Shown here: in pieces, positions 25,653 through 38,983 of the stretch
Layout of the letters: each line of letters opens with the position of its first letter
Numbering within the stretch: position 1 is the first letter of the stretch
Origin: Basidiobolus meristosporus CBS 931.73
Taxonomy: Eukaryota; Fungi; Basidiobolomycota
Reading direction: 5' to 3'
Assembly (NCBI GenBank): GCA_002104905.1
Contig: MCFE01000487.1
Coordinates: 3,644 to 67,643 of the forward strand
Length of the DNA stretch: 64,000 nt
Translations under genes and position numbers: made by a program
Notes under the pieces: model-generated
The model's input: only the letters and a program-made list of their open reading frames with translations
Told to the model about the DNA's origin: nothing
Databases searched by the model: none

Positions 25653-26452
25653 GACACTTGAACTCATGATATAACAAAAGGATGCTTAGAAGTCATTTTC
25701 ACTAAAGAGTCCTGCCAGAATTCACATATGTTGAGTAACTATTTAGCAGCACAATGAGAGCAAACTAAACTCAGCAGTGCACACTTTACAACTCTCTACT
25801 TGCAAGTTGGCATTTATTGGTTTTCTCTGGTAAGTCTTTGCTTCATCAGTCAACAGAATCACCAACACCAATACTCAGTATTTTAATTGTCAGAATCAAA
25901 TTCTGGCTGTTTCAAGCAAAGCTTGAAGTAAATGCAATGCAATAAAGGTTCCAATTATGAGTAAGACTGGTTGCCTTATGAAAGATACCCTGAGAAAAAA
26001 ACTAAGAAATGGCCAGTAGTATAACATCATCATATCAGCTGAATTCCAAGTTCCTCTGTGCTTACTACTTTCATTATCTCAGGTACTAGCTGTTTGGCAG
26101 ACAAGCAGATATATCTTCCAGGAGGAGACCAAGCCAACTAGCATTTATACCTAATTTGGTAATCAGCTGCTCACTACTATCACCAAAGATTACAACTAAA
26201 AATTTGAAGGAAAAACCAGCTGAATACCAGGAAATTACCATAGGATTATTAGATGAATTCCAATTTTGAGATTTTTTATAGGCATATATCAATCTTGATT
26301 TCATATGGTGTTTATTGGTATTCTCCAGGTGCTCTACTGGTACTGCTCAGGCAATTCTCAAGTGCAAATGTATCAGAAGTCAACAGTCTGACTATTATCA
26401 TACTTGGTATGAAACAGCATAGGCATTACATTTTTGAGGGCATAGCTCAATC

Positions 26453-26794
26453 TGTTGTAAAATTTGTAATTACACCTAAATATTTACCTGACCTAGTCAC
26501 TTAAGTCATTACCTACAAATCTTAGAGAATTCAGACCAATACCCTTGTCAGGATTTACTTGGAACATTCTCACCAAAACATCAGGTGCCCAGAACATGAA
26601 ATTTTGTTAAGTTGTCCAAACAGCCCCAAAATCTGCACACATGTTCTTTGGACCCTCTATATTCACATGTCTTTTTTGCCAAGACCATGTAAGAGTATAA
26701 ATACTACTTTAATATTCAGTCAATCATTAAGTGAAAATCACATTATCGACTTGTTCTCCCAATCACTTCCAATGTCTCCAACACTTTTGCAACA
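26453..26794 (+). repeat. Family A LTR (diverged, solo)
   Basis: Matches 3501-3849; no clear TSD. Confidence 0.85.
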
Positions 26795-29710
26795 CAGAAT
26801 ACCAGTAGATTATCAGATGAATTCCGACAGTATTTTAAGTTCGAGATTTTCCATGGGGATATATAACTCTCACAATCTGGAAATCCGATTTTATGGCAAA
26901 ACTTGAGGTAAATATCAACAAATAGCTAAGCTCATACGCTGAGGCCCAACTGACATAGCCAGCACTGAATACTAGTGTAAGTACATGCTTCACAACAAAT
27001 CAAACCCAGATAAGTTGTTTTTGCCTTTGGGTGAGCATTGTCTATGCCTGCAATTAAGAGTACTACCGACGATTTACAAACTTTGATGCACTAACTACTG
27101 AGCACAGCCCAACTATATCAGACTGAATGTGCTCTGGATGCTTTCAAGTGGAGATACAAGCAAAATACCAAGGAAAAGTCCAAGTTTAGAACTCCTGCCA
27201 GGGTTCATAATCTCTGTTTTGCCACCTGTATTGCCAAGCCCAGATTACAGCAGGGGGCGCTTGATTGTGTCCACCGTTTTGGCACATCTACAGGTTAACC
27301 TGCAGATTTATTAAACCAAAGTTGAAGTTTATACAAATGCCTAAAGTAGCAATCACGATCTGGGGCCACGTTTTCAGCGATGGTGGTGCTGAGTCAACTG
27401 ATGGAGAGCAACTGTGTACATTCCTTTGAGCAGAGCCTATCACGTATACGAATTCCAGAAATACACAAAAGATAATTGCGTTCAAAATTGCTCGAGAGCC
27501 CTCCTACTTTGCATAACTCATTCCAAAGTCTGCAGTCGCAACGCTGGTGCTTCCTGGCCGCTTTAGGAGAAAGGATGCAGTTTTCACTCGGGCTGCCAGA
27601 ATCATGCATGGTTTCCCATTCCACTTACTGTGCGTATGCTCAGTCACAAATGTAAACACTTGATTACGCCCTCACCGCCTGGTCATCTGGAAGGTTTTGA
27701 CAGCTTGGTAGGTCAGAGTGCACTGGAACTGGTATAAAAGGCCATAAGGAAATAGTATGTGTTGTCGAAGCTGAGGCGTTTACGAGTAGAGGGGTAGGAA
27801 CGTACCGAGGTCGGTTGGCGCCTCATCATCATCCTCTGATGTGATTTTCAATGAATTCGATAAGGTGGACCGATCTGACACAAGTGCTGGGACCTGAACT
27901 GAACCTGCTGCGGGGTGCGAGGGGGGGGGGGGAGAAATTAATTGTTCGTCATAGCCGGATTCATACGGTGTAAATGACTAATGCATATTCCCAGGAGTAG
28001 TATCACGTGACTATGACTTACAGCCAATGACAACCAACTGCTGAGTAGCTGAAACCAAATTAATCATCAAAGAATAGATTTGGCCAATATTGACATCAGC
28101 ATAACCAGCAATATCCGGTCTGCTACAATCATACGACCACCTGGTTCTTCACAGTTGGTAAGTCATAAGCATGGTGTCTACACAACCATATCGGAAGATG
28201 ATCCACTAGATTGGGCATTGGTCAGTAAGGGAGGAATCGCAACGGTCAACACTAGCAATGGGAGAGGGAGACGGCAGTGGCTCGTGAGCAGGTTTTAAAA
28301 GCTTTGGAGATTTATTGAATCAAGCTGAGATCTCATCAATATTTTAAGTATTTACCCATCATCACAGTCACTGAGAATTGATGGAACGAGCAGGATTTTC
28401 TGTAATGGTTACCAACTCCGGCAAAGAGTCCTTCGGAGCACACCGCAGAGCAACCGCGCCGCCAAATTTAGAAAGTTGGGAGGTTGAGGGCATCTCTATC
28501 ATGCTGCATATCTTCACCTATTTAGTATGCACTTACAAGGCAATTAGGCCTGAGCATTCCGCCAAACAAGATGGCCAATACGTATTGATCAGAGATATGA
28601 GGCAATTTCAGAAATTAGGAATCGCCGGTCGTGTGCTGATTTTGCTGATTTTGTAAATACAGGGTGAACTGCTATGCGATCTTTTTGGAAAGATGTCCAT
28701 ATGTGTGGATGAGGCCGAACCCAATCCAAGATCGTTGCGATGTCAAATAAGCTTAGTCAACCACACGTCACATTCAGCGCCATACTGAGTGTTGGTAGCA
28801 GCTGACGGCTAGAACCCTTGCGACATTAAGATTACTTTAAAGTTTGTTGCAACCTAACCAACCCAAGATTAGCCTGAGGCCGATTACTAATGCGCATACC
28901 CCTACAAACCTGCTTCCCATTTACCCCTTTTGTCCAACCCTCTAGCACATTGTAAGCGGTCTACATATGTGTGCCACGACAATCCTTCTCAAGGTGTCAC
29001 TAGATATGATGCTCAAATGGGTTAATGCCCGGCAATTATCCCCAATACATCGGCGATTTGGTGGCCGCGCTGAAACTGAGGAATTCACGTTGTTGTGAAG
29101 ATTATGCACCCACTCATTGCAATCTAGTGAGTTCAGATCTGTTAGACTCGGACAAGGAAGCTGGATCCCTTGAGCGGATGCCACTCGGCTTTACGCCTCT
29201 GGCCTACTTGGGTCAACTCCCACAAGCGTAAGACTTCGCGCCTCCGGCGCTTTTTGCTCCTTGCATTGGCCTGGTCACCTGTGTTTGTCTGTGTGACTGT
29301 GGACGATTAATAATAGCTGGCTTCGTATGGAGGAAATACCAGATTCTCAGCCATCACGGCGCAAATAGATACTTGATTTAAATGGGTCTTTATCCGACTC
29401 GCTACCACTCTATTGGTCAACACGCGCCATTTTGGGTTGCACCCCGAATGCGGAAAAATCGGTCAGCATTTAGACTCCCGTTATTGGTGGATTGCATCAT
29501 CAACTAGGTTTGTGGTTGTGGTGTGGATTACATTCATCCACAAGAAGATCCAACCGGTTTTGGGGTATGTCTTAAGGTTTAGAATTGGTGGCACCGAGCC
29601 TCGGTCAACAAGTTCACAACCTCCGAGGTTCGGACCGAACTGCTAGGTAGGGGTTTTCGGTTCCCTTGGGTGCCATTAGAATTATGCCAGCCAAAGTGAT
29701 GTCTGGAGCG

Positions 29711-29717
29711 TATATAA
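29711..29717 (+). promoter_or_regulatory. Candidate TATA box of the MFS gene
   Basis: TATATAA about 70 bp upstream of the ATG at 29780. Confidence 0.45.
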
Positions 29718-29779
29718 GCGGCCAGCCCTGTGTGCTCCTACAACGTTTAATCCGCTGGTCAACTATAAGCAGCGAAAGC

Positions 29780-31653
29780 ATGCAAAACGCCACTGAGAAG
29801 CTGGATAATTCGTCTTCCTACGAAGACACCCTCTCTAACACCAATGATCTTGAGAAATACGCTTCCAAGCAAGTTGACAACGAGCAAAGCTCCCCGCCAA
29901 CCCCCAACACCCAGTTCACTGAGCTGCCTCTGACCAGGCTGCTATTGATCTTCCTAGGTCTTTCACTAGCCATTCTTCTAGCGGGGCTCGATCAAACTAT
30001 CGTCGCTACCGCCCTGCCCAAGATCGCCTCCGATTTCGGCGCCTTGAACCAACTCTCCTGGGTTGGAACCTCCTATATGCTGACCGCCACCGCTTGTCAG
30101 CCCCTTTATGGAAAGGTAGCCCTTCGAGTCTCTCTCACTTTGTAATCGTACTAACCGTCGCCTCACCTAGTTCTCGGACATTTTTGGTAGAAAGATTGCG
30201 TTTTTGTTCGCCATCATCATCTTCGAGATCGGCAGTATCCTGTGCGGAGCCGCCCAAAACATGGTGATGCTCATTGTCGCGCGTGCGATCGCCGGGGTGG
30301 GTGGTGGAGGAAGTAAGTGGCGTCATAGGCCCTTGTGGTTTCGGTTTGTCCTAATTGAACTTTTCCTTCAGTTCAAGGGATGGTCTTCATCATCATTGCC
30401 GAGATCGTTCCAATCAGGGAGCGCGGCAAGTATCAGGGTTTCATCGGGGCTACGGTAAGTGGGAATGGTGGTTTGTACCGGTTCGTGGCATTCGGCCTGA
30501 CTGCTTCCTCTCTACTCTCCATTAGTACGGTATCGCGTCGGTTGTTGGTCCTTTGCTTGGTGGTGCTCTAACCGATCATGCCAGCTGGAGGTCAGTAACG
30601 TGTTGGTATCCGTGTCTGTTGCTCAATCTGATTACTGACTCCTCGCACAACAGATGGGCTTTTTACATCAACCTTCCGATAGGCGCCATCACAATCATCA
30701 TTGTCTGCATATTTCTCCATCTTCCAACCGCCGAGTGCTCTTTGGTCGAGAAGATCAAGCGGATCGACTTTCTCGGTACCTTCCTGTTGTTGGGTAGCAT
30801 CATCACACTTCTTCTTCCCACCCAATGGGGTGGAAACGATTATCCCTGGAACTCGGGGGTTGTCATTGGCCTGTACTGTGTTTCGGCCGTTCTCATCATT
30901 GCCTTTGTGGTTGTCGAGTATCGGTTTGCCACTGAGCCCATAGTCCCTTGTCGACTGTTTGGCATGCGCACTCCGTTGTTTTCCTTTATCACCATGCTGT
31001 TCTTCGGAATGACGTTCTTCGGACTGATTTACTACATTCCTTTGTACTTCCAAATCGTCCGCGGGGACTCGGCAACTACCTCCGGGCTAGAAATGCTCCC
31101 CATGATGCTGGCGACTTCCATCCTCAGTATCATCTCGGGGATCGTCGTCTCCAAAACCGGGATCGTCGTGGTTTGGTGTTGGATTGGCTCGGCCTTGATG
31201 ACCGTAGGCACCGGGCTCCTGATCCTCTGGGACGCTACGACTGGCCGTGGGGAACAGATCGGCTTCTTGATCCTGGTGGGAGTTGGGGCGGGTTGCTGCA
31301 TACAGACATTGCTCTTCTCCGGGCAGTCTGCCGTCACTCCTCGGGATATGGGGGTGGTCACCGCGTTGTCCACCTTCTTCCGATCAACTGGAGGCGTCCT
31401 GGGCATTGCTATTTTTGGTGCGCTGTTCAATAACAAAGTGACTGCTGGGCTGGAGAAGTTGGATCTGCATATATCGATTGAGGAGGCAAAGAACGACTTC
31501 CGCTTTATAAGAACCTTACCACCAGCCATGCAGCAAACTGTTACCGGAGTGTATGTGCATGCGCTCCAGACCATCTTCACCGTAGCAGTTGCCACAGCCG
31601 CAGTGACCTTCCTCTTCTCCTGGGGCATCAAGTATATCAAGATGAGAAGATAA
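29780..31653 (+). CDS. MFS drug:H+ antiporter (DHA2/14-TMS type); exons 29780-30115, 30171-30312, 30372-30454, 30526-30590, 30654-31653
   Basis: LDQTIVATALPKI, LYGKFSDIFGRK (motif A), GPLLGG, WRWAFYINLPIG; GT-AG introns join in frame. Confidence 0.93.
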
Positions 31654-31991
31654 TAGAACGCGATTCACATAATATATCTATAATAATCTGTATGCTTAAC
31701 CTCGCAGCGCTATACCCCCATTCCATTGCCAATCCCTTCACCATCTCCAACTCATACATCAATAAATTGCACATAATCATGATTCATATCTTCCATTCGA
31801 TTGTTGCACTGATAAACAGAGATTCAGTTGCTGCAGTCTTAGATTAATCGAGATTGATCTCTACCTTCAAAATGCGATCAGTGAGGAATCGGCTGAATAT
31901 GGCCATCAAATGTCTAGAAATGCCATGTGCATTCGGAAAAATCAGTGTTTCTCGCGGTCCTTCATGTACAATTTTTTCATTCTTGCTCTCC

Positions 31992-34226
31992 ATGTCAGAC
32001 ACAGCTACAGCCACGCAAGAGCCGGCGCCCAGGAAAAAACTTCAACCAGCTTGTAACGACTGCCATAGAAGGAAGGTCAAGTGCACTTTTGAGCGACCGC
32101 AATGTTCCAATTGTAAGCGACGCGGTAACAAGTGTTGGTATCCGGAGAAAAAGCAGAAGAAGCAAGCCACTAAAGCCGACTCCGATTCCTTGGTGGAAGA
32201 AAGGCTTAAGAGATTGGAGAGCTTATTACTAAACGCAAACATACAGCCCGGTGCCAATAGTAGCGAGCCTACTAGCCCTGCTGACCTCACCGCCCCGAAT
32301 GACACTGATTTGAAACACAAAAACGCATCTTTCTTCACGCTTCCTGAAAAGTCCACGAGGGGCCTCGAAACCAATGTGATCCACCACTTGGATCGTCGTC
32401 GGTTTGTCATCAAAGACGGCCAGATGCCTCAACAAGAGATCCGCGAGCGCCTGATTGATCTCTATTTCAAAAAACTTCACCATCTGCAGCCGCTAATTCA
32501 CCCCAAGACCTTTATGGAACGCGAGAAGCAAGGAAAAAATTCCGACCTTTTGATATTGGCTATTTGCGCCACCAGTTCGATTTTCCTGGAGGAGGTGGAG
32601 GGAGTATCGGACACGTCCTGTTGCTCAGGAGAGCCCTTCGCCTCGAGAGCGCAGCACATTATCCAAGAAAACCTGATGAAGCCGTCTCTAGAGACCATCC
32701 AGGCACTAGGCACGCTTTTCGTGTACGAATTCACCGCCGGAAACTTTGGCATCAGCCAGATGTACCTAGAATTGGCGTTCCATTACTTGAAGCTGTTCAG
32801 GATCTATCGTCTGGACGAGGACTACCAGGACGATACGCTGCTTACCCCAAGCGACTGGGTAGAGAAAGAAACCAAAAGGCGAATTTTCTGGTTGACCGTG
32901 ATTAAGGATCGCATATTTAGTTGTGAGATGGGTATACCACAGCTGGTCGACCTATTTGATTGCGAAGTGCAGCTGCCGTGCGAAGAATATTACTGGGAAA
33001 ACAGCTTGCCAATCTTCAACGCCGAGAAGATGGACTCGGATGAGGAAGAAATGGCCCTTGGCATGTCGCTGAAGCCCACAAACGCCACCTCTTCGCAGTC
33101 CAACCAATTCAGTATCAAGCTGAAGATTATTCTGATACTCGGCCAGATCAGTCGCTATGCAAATCGACCGAAGACCAAACGAATTCTCTCCAAACGCTCG
33201 CTAACTGCTCGCTTCACCTTACTCGAGTATGCACTTTCCGCGTGGTGGCAGCATTTGCCGGCCGATGTGAAGTCCGAGAGCGGTCTGAATGCTGACACCG
33301 CTGCATTCGAGTTGATCCAACACTACAAAGTTCTTTATTACGGGGCGACAATCTTATTGCATCGGACGTATCTCGCACATATGGCCCATCTATTCAACAG
33401 CGCCTCCCCTCCCCTCCCCTCCTCCTCCTCACAAGACACTAATGTATCTGTTCCGGAATCATGCCTAACTTCAATGAACAAATGCACATCCACTGCATTT
33501 GCTATTACACAGATCATCACCCACTTCAATTCGTTCAACCATTCGTATTTCAACTTATTCTCGTCACACGCTGTATTCCTTTCATCCACCATTCATCTAA
33601 ACAACATGTTCTCCTCCACCGGCGAGCTTGCACAACGATCCAAGGAGGCGTTCGACCTCAATTTCAAGTTTCTCCAAGATATCCGGGGATTCCGACCACT
33701 AACAGAGTTTCAGCTGGAGGTGCTCAACAAACTAAAGTTGGTCTGCTCGAATATCAATCGCCGTACGGACTTGAGGCAACATCCAGGCACTATATCGATG
33801 CAGTGGATTGCTCCGACATCAACCGGGGCCATCACATGGCAAGATACTTTGGAGGAGGCATTCAAGCGGTATTGTAGCACCTCCTTCCGGGATTTCGCTG
33901 CAACCTCCTCTGACCCGGTAGATAGCTTCCCCTCCTCTCCCGACAATCCGTTTAGAGTTGGGTTTTCGCAAGACGTTATTCCTCTTCCCGAACCCAACCC
34001 TGACTTGAATGGGCATCAACAATGCTTTACCTACAACCCCGGTGATTACAACTCCAGCCAAGCCACTGCATTTTCTTTGGACAACAATTGGAACACGAAT
34101 CCTGATCCACTCAATTATGACCAACTACTGATTGAGAAAATCTACCAGGAATCTGGCCTTTCATCGGACTCGTTCGACTTTTTCCCACTGTTCAATAATA
34201 TGAACTCAACAAACACCCAACTCTAG
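31992..34226 (+). CDS. Zn(II)2Cys6 fungal transcription factor with middle homology region
   Basis: ACNDCHRRKVKCTFERPQCSNCKRRGNKCWY; ETIQALGTL; EKETKRRIFW. First ATG in good position is 31992. Confidence 0.93.
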   Translation: MSDTATATQEPAPRKKLQPACNDCHRRKVKCTFERPQCSNCKRRGNKCWYPEKKQKKQATKADSDSLVEERLKRLESLLLNANIQPGANSSEPTSPADLTAPNDTDLKHKNASFFTLPEKSTRGLETNVIHHLDRRRFVIKDGQMPQQEIRERLIDLYFKKLHHLQPLIHPKTFMEREKQGKNSDLLILAICATSSIFLEEVEGVSDTSCCSGEPFASRAQHIIQENLMKPSLETIQALGTLFVYEFTAGNFGISQMYLELAFHYLKLFRIYRLDEDYQDDTLLTPSDWVEKETKRRIFWLTVIKDRIFSCEMGIPQLVDLFDCEVQLPCEEYYWENSLPIFNAEKMDSDEEEMALGMSLKPTNATSSQSNQFSIKLKIILILGQISRYANRPKTKRILSKRSLTARFTLLEYALSAWWQHLPADVKSESGLNADTAAFELIQHYKVLYYGATILLHRTYLAHMAHLFNSASPPLPSSSSQDTNVSVPESCLTSMNKCTSTAFAITQIITHFNSFNHSYFNLFSSHAVFLSSTIHLNNMFSSTGELAQRSKEAFDLNFKFLQDIRGFRPLTEFQLEVLNKLKLVCSNINRRTDLRQHPGTISMQWIAPTSTGAITWQDTLEEAFKRYCSTSFRDFAATSSDPVDSFPSSPDNPFRVGFSQDVIPLPEPNPDLNGHQQCFTYNPGDYNSSQATAFSLDNNWNTNPDPLNYDQLLIEKIYQESGLSSDSFDFFPLFNNMNSTNTQL

Positions 34227-36184
34227 ATAATTGCAATAAAGATCTTTGCGGTCAAGGAATGTCAGCTTGTATACAGTTGGGTGAGCGTACGGCATGCCAA
34301 GTCCTGGAGGCAGTTGCATCCGTTTGTAGACCCTGAAAACCAAAAAATATGGACTTTGCGTAAGACATGCTTTGATATGTCTCAGAATTCCTATGAAGCT
34401 CTTGTTTCTGAAGTCACTTGCTTTTCACAGAGCATACACATATCTTTCCAAGCGCTTCTATGAAGCAGCCACAAATTTATCCTTGGTGAAATTTAATAGG
34501 TGAACTGGGGGAAGGGGTGGGTGTTTTAGCCATTGGTTTCCACATACAGTAACTCGGCAGAAAAATACAGAAGCCTAGAAATAACCTGGAGTATGTAGGG
34601 AGGAAATACCAAGCATTCTCCAACGAAGAAGCGCATACATTCCTATCTCCACTTAATCCAGTGTATGCAGGGCCTATAATATATTGTCTCGTTGAACGAC
34701 AAGACTAGAATAATAATAACTAGCTATAAAGTATAAAGTAGCTCGGACTGGCTCTCCGAAGAGCATACCTCCTGATCTACCGGAACAGGTTCAACTGCAT
34801 TTTCCGGCAGGCCAGCTGGTTCAACAACACACTTTCTTCGAATCTCCTTCGCTCAGTTTTGGCGCTAATGGCGCTTGTCCGGTCGCCCTCGGTCAAATGG
34901 AAATGCTCTAACCTTCTCCTCATAAGTCGAAGTCAACCCCACCTACAAGGGAACCCCTGACTACAACATGGTTTCTCATCGGGCCCAAGTCGCTGCCCTT
35001 ATCCTTGCCGTGGGTACGGAAGAGGAGGAACAGTGCAAACTGTCAAGGCCGGTGGAAGCCTCTCAGTTGAAATCGGTAGAAGGACTACTCACAATCATTA
35101 ATCGTGATAAAGGTTAAAATGACACATTTTATGGGATTTCAAGCCAGGTTTATCTGTGCACACAAGAATGGCACGGTTCTTGTTTAAACCAGGATTTCAT
35201 AGTAGCTAGTTCCTCAGCTGCTCAGTTCATATAATAGCCGCCTTATACCCTCGTAAATTTATGGGATTTACATGAAGTGTTTACTCACATGCATGCACAG
35301 GCTATTAGTGGAGGTTTAGCTGAGTCATGATATATTACACCAACCATCTGCACTATGACTCAGAGCCAGGTATGCCTGACTTCAATATAACTGACGTACG
35401 TCAAGGCGTTAGATACACGGCCTATTTGTTTTCATTTTAATACATACATCATCCTTGATTCACAACTACTAATATACTTCAGTCGTTTTGAATCAAAGGA
35501 TTGGAATCATTCCGGATGGGGGATATCCCAAGAATCAAGATTCCTGTGCCATATCACAATTGGGTGATCAATGGTGACACGAGAGCTAGGATTGAACCTG
35601 ACAGAATCCTTGAGCAGTAACCACGATCAACATTCGAAGCATATTATGTAGCCTACCATATTATATATTTCCTTGTGTATGCAGCCGTGGCTTAAGATGC
35701 GCTTTATTACTGCTACCAAGGCCTTTTCATCTGTTCATACCCCTTTACTGCTTCAATCGCTTGTTCTCCACAAGTATCTGTGAATATAGAAGAATCCGTT
35801 ATCGCAGCTCGTCATGCTCATATTAAGTGAACAACCGCTGCCACGATATCCAGGTTCAACCCACTGCTGAAACGTTATCCAAGTCTCATTGTTTTGACTG
35901 GTGTTCATTATTATTGCCCTCCAAAGGTTGAGGCGGACAAACGATATGCAGCAGGATCGGTTGAAACCGAATCTAGGTTAGGATAAGGTGACGTATCTTA
36001 CTTTTGCTATTCATACATCTAGCATCAACCTAACAATCCGATGATAATTTAAGGGTGATAAATATGTTATTAAATGCTGCCACACTCGACTTGCTAGCAA
36101 AAATCGATCCGGTATGGATGTTTTACAGTGATTCAAGTACTGAATCACCAAGATTATTTTGGACACAATATTAAATAATGATAG

Positions 36185-36484
36185 ATGGTGCTTACGTTGC
36201 TGAACCTGTCTGGTGACTCCTGCTATGGAATTACGGTGGCTGTTGATCAGTATATAAATGGAGGGGTAAAGAAAGATGCTGCAGAAAACGAGTGCAGTAA
36301 TTCCTCATTAAAAATGACTACTGAAGGCGGCGGCATCTTGACAGGAACTGGCTGGGCCGATACTGAGACTATCTGGTATTGCATATCATGTGATACGGCG
36401 AACTCGTACGACGACCCTGCATGCTTAGGGTGCAAAAAGCATACAAGACCACCAAGGCCTAGCCAACGAAAAGCTAAGAAATAA
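36185..36484 (+). CDS. Small protein or last exon with a RanBP2-type zinc finger
   Basis: WYCISCDTANSYDDPACLGC matches W-x-C-x2-C-x3-N-x6-C-x2-C exactly; basic C-terminal tail. Confidence 0.6.
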   Translation: MVLTLLNLSGDSCYGITVAVDQYINGGVKKDAAENECSNSSLKMTTEGGGILTGTGWADTETIWYCISCDTANSYDDPACLGCKKHTRPPRPSQRKAKK

Positions 36485-36889
36485 AATGACCACCAATTGT
36501 ATATCAAGAGTGGGATATAACTGCAACGTCTTGTCAAGAATCGTGTGCATGAATAGGTTATTCACCTTGATTGTTGACACGCTTCCTCATCTATGAAGTA
36601 TCCGTGCCTAATGCAATAGCAAGCAGAGTAACAATAAAAGATTTGAAGTTTAGTCAAATGCCCTAAATGAACCAAACAGATGGTAACCAGCATATGGGTT
36701 TAATTATTTTGTCACAAGCAGATCCACTCCATCTAGGTTATAGATTCCTACGATAGCTGTTAACTACTTGAATTAGTCACACTGATCGGGGGTGTAGCAA
36801 ATGTCACAAATCTTTGGATCAAATAAGCAACTGGCAAGATTATCAAGTTCCCATGCCACAAGCGTATTTAAATTAAGAACCATATAAAG

Positions 36890-37004
36890 TGTTGTGAGAG
36901 TTTTGGAGATATTGGGAGTGATTAGGAGAACAAGTAGATTATGTGGTTTTCACTCAATGATCTATTGAATATTAAAGTGGTATTTACGCTTTTACATGCT
37001 CTTG
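36890..37004 (-). repeat. Truncated family A LTR fragment
   Basis: TGTTGTGAGAGTTTTGGAGATATTGG... matches the inverted LTR end. Confidence 0.8.
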
Positions 37005-37056
37005 GGACCTTTCTGAACATATTCCATACGTTTGTTTGTATAATAATAAGATGATC

Positions 37057-37337
37057 ATTTGAAGGAGAGGCCGACCGGATGTATTTATAGGATAATGAGA
37101 GTAGACGCATGTAGTAGCACACTTTATCAGTGTTGCCGATTTGTATTGGTGAATTAAGCTGCACAGCACTAACATCCATGTATGATCCCATTTTATGGAG
37201 TTGATTTATGCCAGCATTTGCGTTCAACATGTGCTCGGATTCGATTGATATGTTACCTATGGTTACCGCTATTTCCATATTTAATGGCTCAATCACGTAG
37301 AATCATTCAAAGGGGATAGTGTTCTGCCCTGAGCTGG
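37057..37337 (-). repeat. Orphan duplicate of the upstream region (38152-38430) of the first Gly-Asp-Tyr gene
   Basis: High similarity to 38152-38430, including the TATAAAT-containing segment on the minus strand; no CDS follows it. Confidence 0.88.
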
Positions 37338-37352
37338 TCTTTGCAGAGTGAA

Positions 37353-37425
37353 GGGGCGTTGGCCTAATGGATAAGGCATCAGACTTCGGATCTGGGGATT
37401 GTGGGTTCGAGTCCCATGCGCCTCG
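37353..37425 (+). tRNA. tRNA-Arg(TCG)
   Basis: Full cloverleaf: acceptor GGGGCGT/GCGCCTC, D-arm GCCT/AGGC, anticodon loop CT-TCG-GA, T-loop TTCGAGT. Confidence 0.96.
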
Positions 37426-37758
37426 TATTTTGTGCTTCATCGTTAGATGTCTCGAACTAGAGCCATAATAGCATTTAGCTCTGCAAATGCAGTTGTATTA
37501 TATATGAAACTAGCAGTAATCATCATCAGTGTCCTTGAAATGCTCGTATCTCATGTCCTTTCATTTACTTCGTATTAGCGTGACTATTAAAAACAAGTGA
37601 ATTACCTAGTGAACAAGAAAAAATATAGCAGAGCACCTGCATTTGTAGGAAATATAATATATTCTCTGTTTAGGAAGTAATAATTCTTTGTGAAAGTACT
37701 GTTTATTAAGTTGTATAACGAGGTTAAGTCTTTGGTATCTAGAGGGTATCTTAAGTCT

Positions 37759-38139
37759 CTAATAGTCGTCGTAGTCATCACCATGGCCACGGCCACCACT
37801 ATACTTCCTTCTTCCATGGCCATTGCCATCGCCATCATAGTCATCATCGTAATCATTGCCATACTTCTTTCTTTTTCCGTGACCGTGGCCATCGTAGTCA
37901 TCTCCATCATATCTCCTTCTTCCACGGCCATTACCATCGTAATCATCGTCGTAGTTGCCACCTCCACCGCCGCCATATCTCCTTCCGTGACCATTGCCGT
38001 CATAATCATCGTCATAGTCACCGCCACCACCATGACCTACCCCCTTGTAGTCAGGATCGTAAGAGCGCTCAAGGATTGAAGCATTGATAGCCAACGCAGC
38101 GGAGATGACAAGGAGAAGCTTTGCAATGGAGTATTTCAT
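37759..38139 (-). CDS. Secreted Gly/Asp/Tyr-rich repeat protein, copy 1 (126 aa)
   Basis: Signal-peptide-like MKYSIAKLLLVISAALAINA, then LERSY and YDDDYDGNG(H/R)G-RR/KR repeats. Confidence 0.85.
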   Translation of the reverse strand: MKYSIAKLLLVISAALAINASILERSYDPDYKGVGHGGGGDYDDDYDGNGHGRRYGGGGGGNYDDDYDGNGRGRRRYDGDDYDGHGHGKRKKYGNDYDDDYDGDGNGHGRRKYSGGRGHGDDYDDY

Positions 38140-38676
38140 CTTGAGATGGTGATTTGAAGGAGTGAACGACTGGATGTATTTATAGGATAATGAGAGTAGA
38201 CGCATGCAGTAGCACACTTTATGAGTGTTGTTGATTTGTATCGGTGGACTGCATAGCGCTAACAGTGATGTGTGATCTCATCTTATGAAGGAGTTGATTT
38301 ATGCCAAAACTTGCGCTCAACATGTGCTCGGATTTGATTGATATGTCAACTATGGTTACCGCTATTTCCATGTTTAATGGCTCAATCACGTAGAATCATT
38401 CAAAGGAGATAGTGTTCTGCCCTGAGCTGGACTTTGGAGTGTTATGAAATCCAGGCCAGTTCCTGTCCTTCTGTTTGGTGTAACAAGGTCTGTCCTTTAT
38501 TTTAGCGTAGGATCTACTTTTTTATACATTTCTCGATCATTTGCATACAACTTGTCTTACTTTAGCCCATCAGTCTTTGATCATCTTTGATGATTTTTGG
38601 TGTTGACGCATCTCTATATGCGACAACTTGCTGCCTGTTCTGGTCGGGATTCAGACTTTCATAACAGGAGAGTGAA

Positions 38677-38749
38677 GGGGCGTTGGCCTAATGGATAAGG
38701 CATCAGACTTCGGATCTGGGGATTGTGGGTTCGAGTCCCATGCGCCTCG
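38677..38749 (+). tRNA. tRNA-Arg(TCG), identical second copy
   Basis: Same 73-nt sequence as 37353-37425. Confidence 0.96.
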
Positions 38750-38754
38750 TTTTT
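38750..38754 (+). terminator. Pol III terminator
   Basis: TTTTT immediately after the tRNA. Confidence 0.7.
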
Positions 38755-38983
38755 GTAATTTCAACACCATAATCGAAATAGAGTCAATAACACTGTTTGA
38801 ATTATTCGCCAAGGTCACCATTTCGAAGTAAATCAAATTATTTGGATATTTCAATTTCCAACTTGAAAGTTTTAGCGTTACATTTTGATACCCTTATAAA
38901 TAGCCACAATTCTGAACATGTCATGTGTAAATGTTGGTTTATTGTGTATTTGGTATTTTGTACCAAGAAGGTATCTCAAGTCT

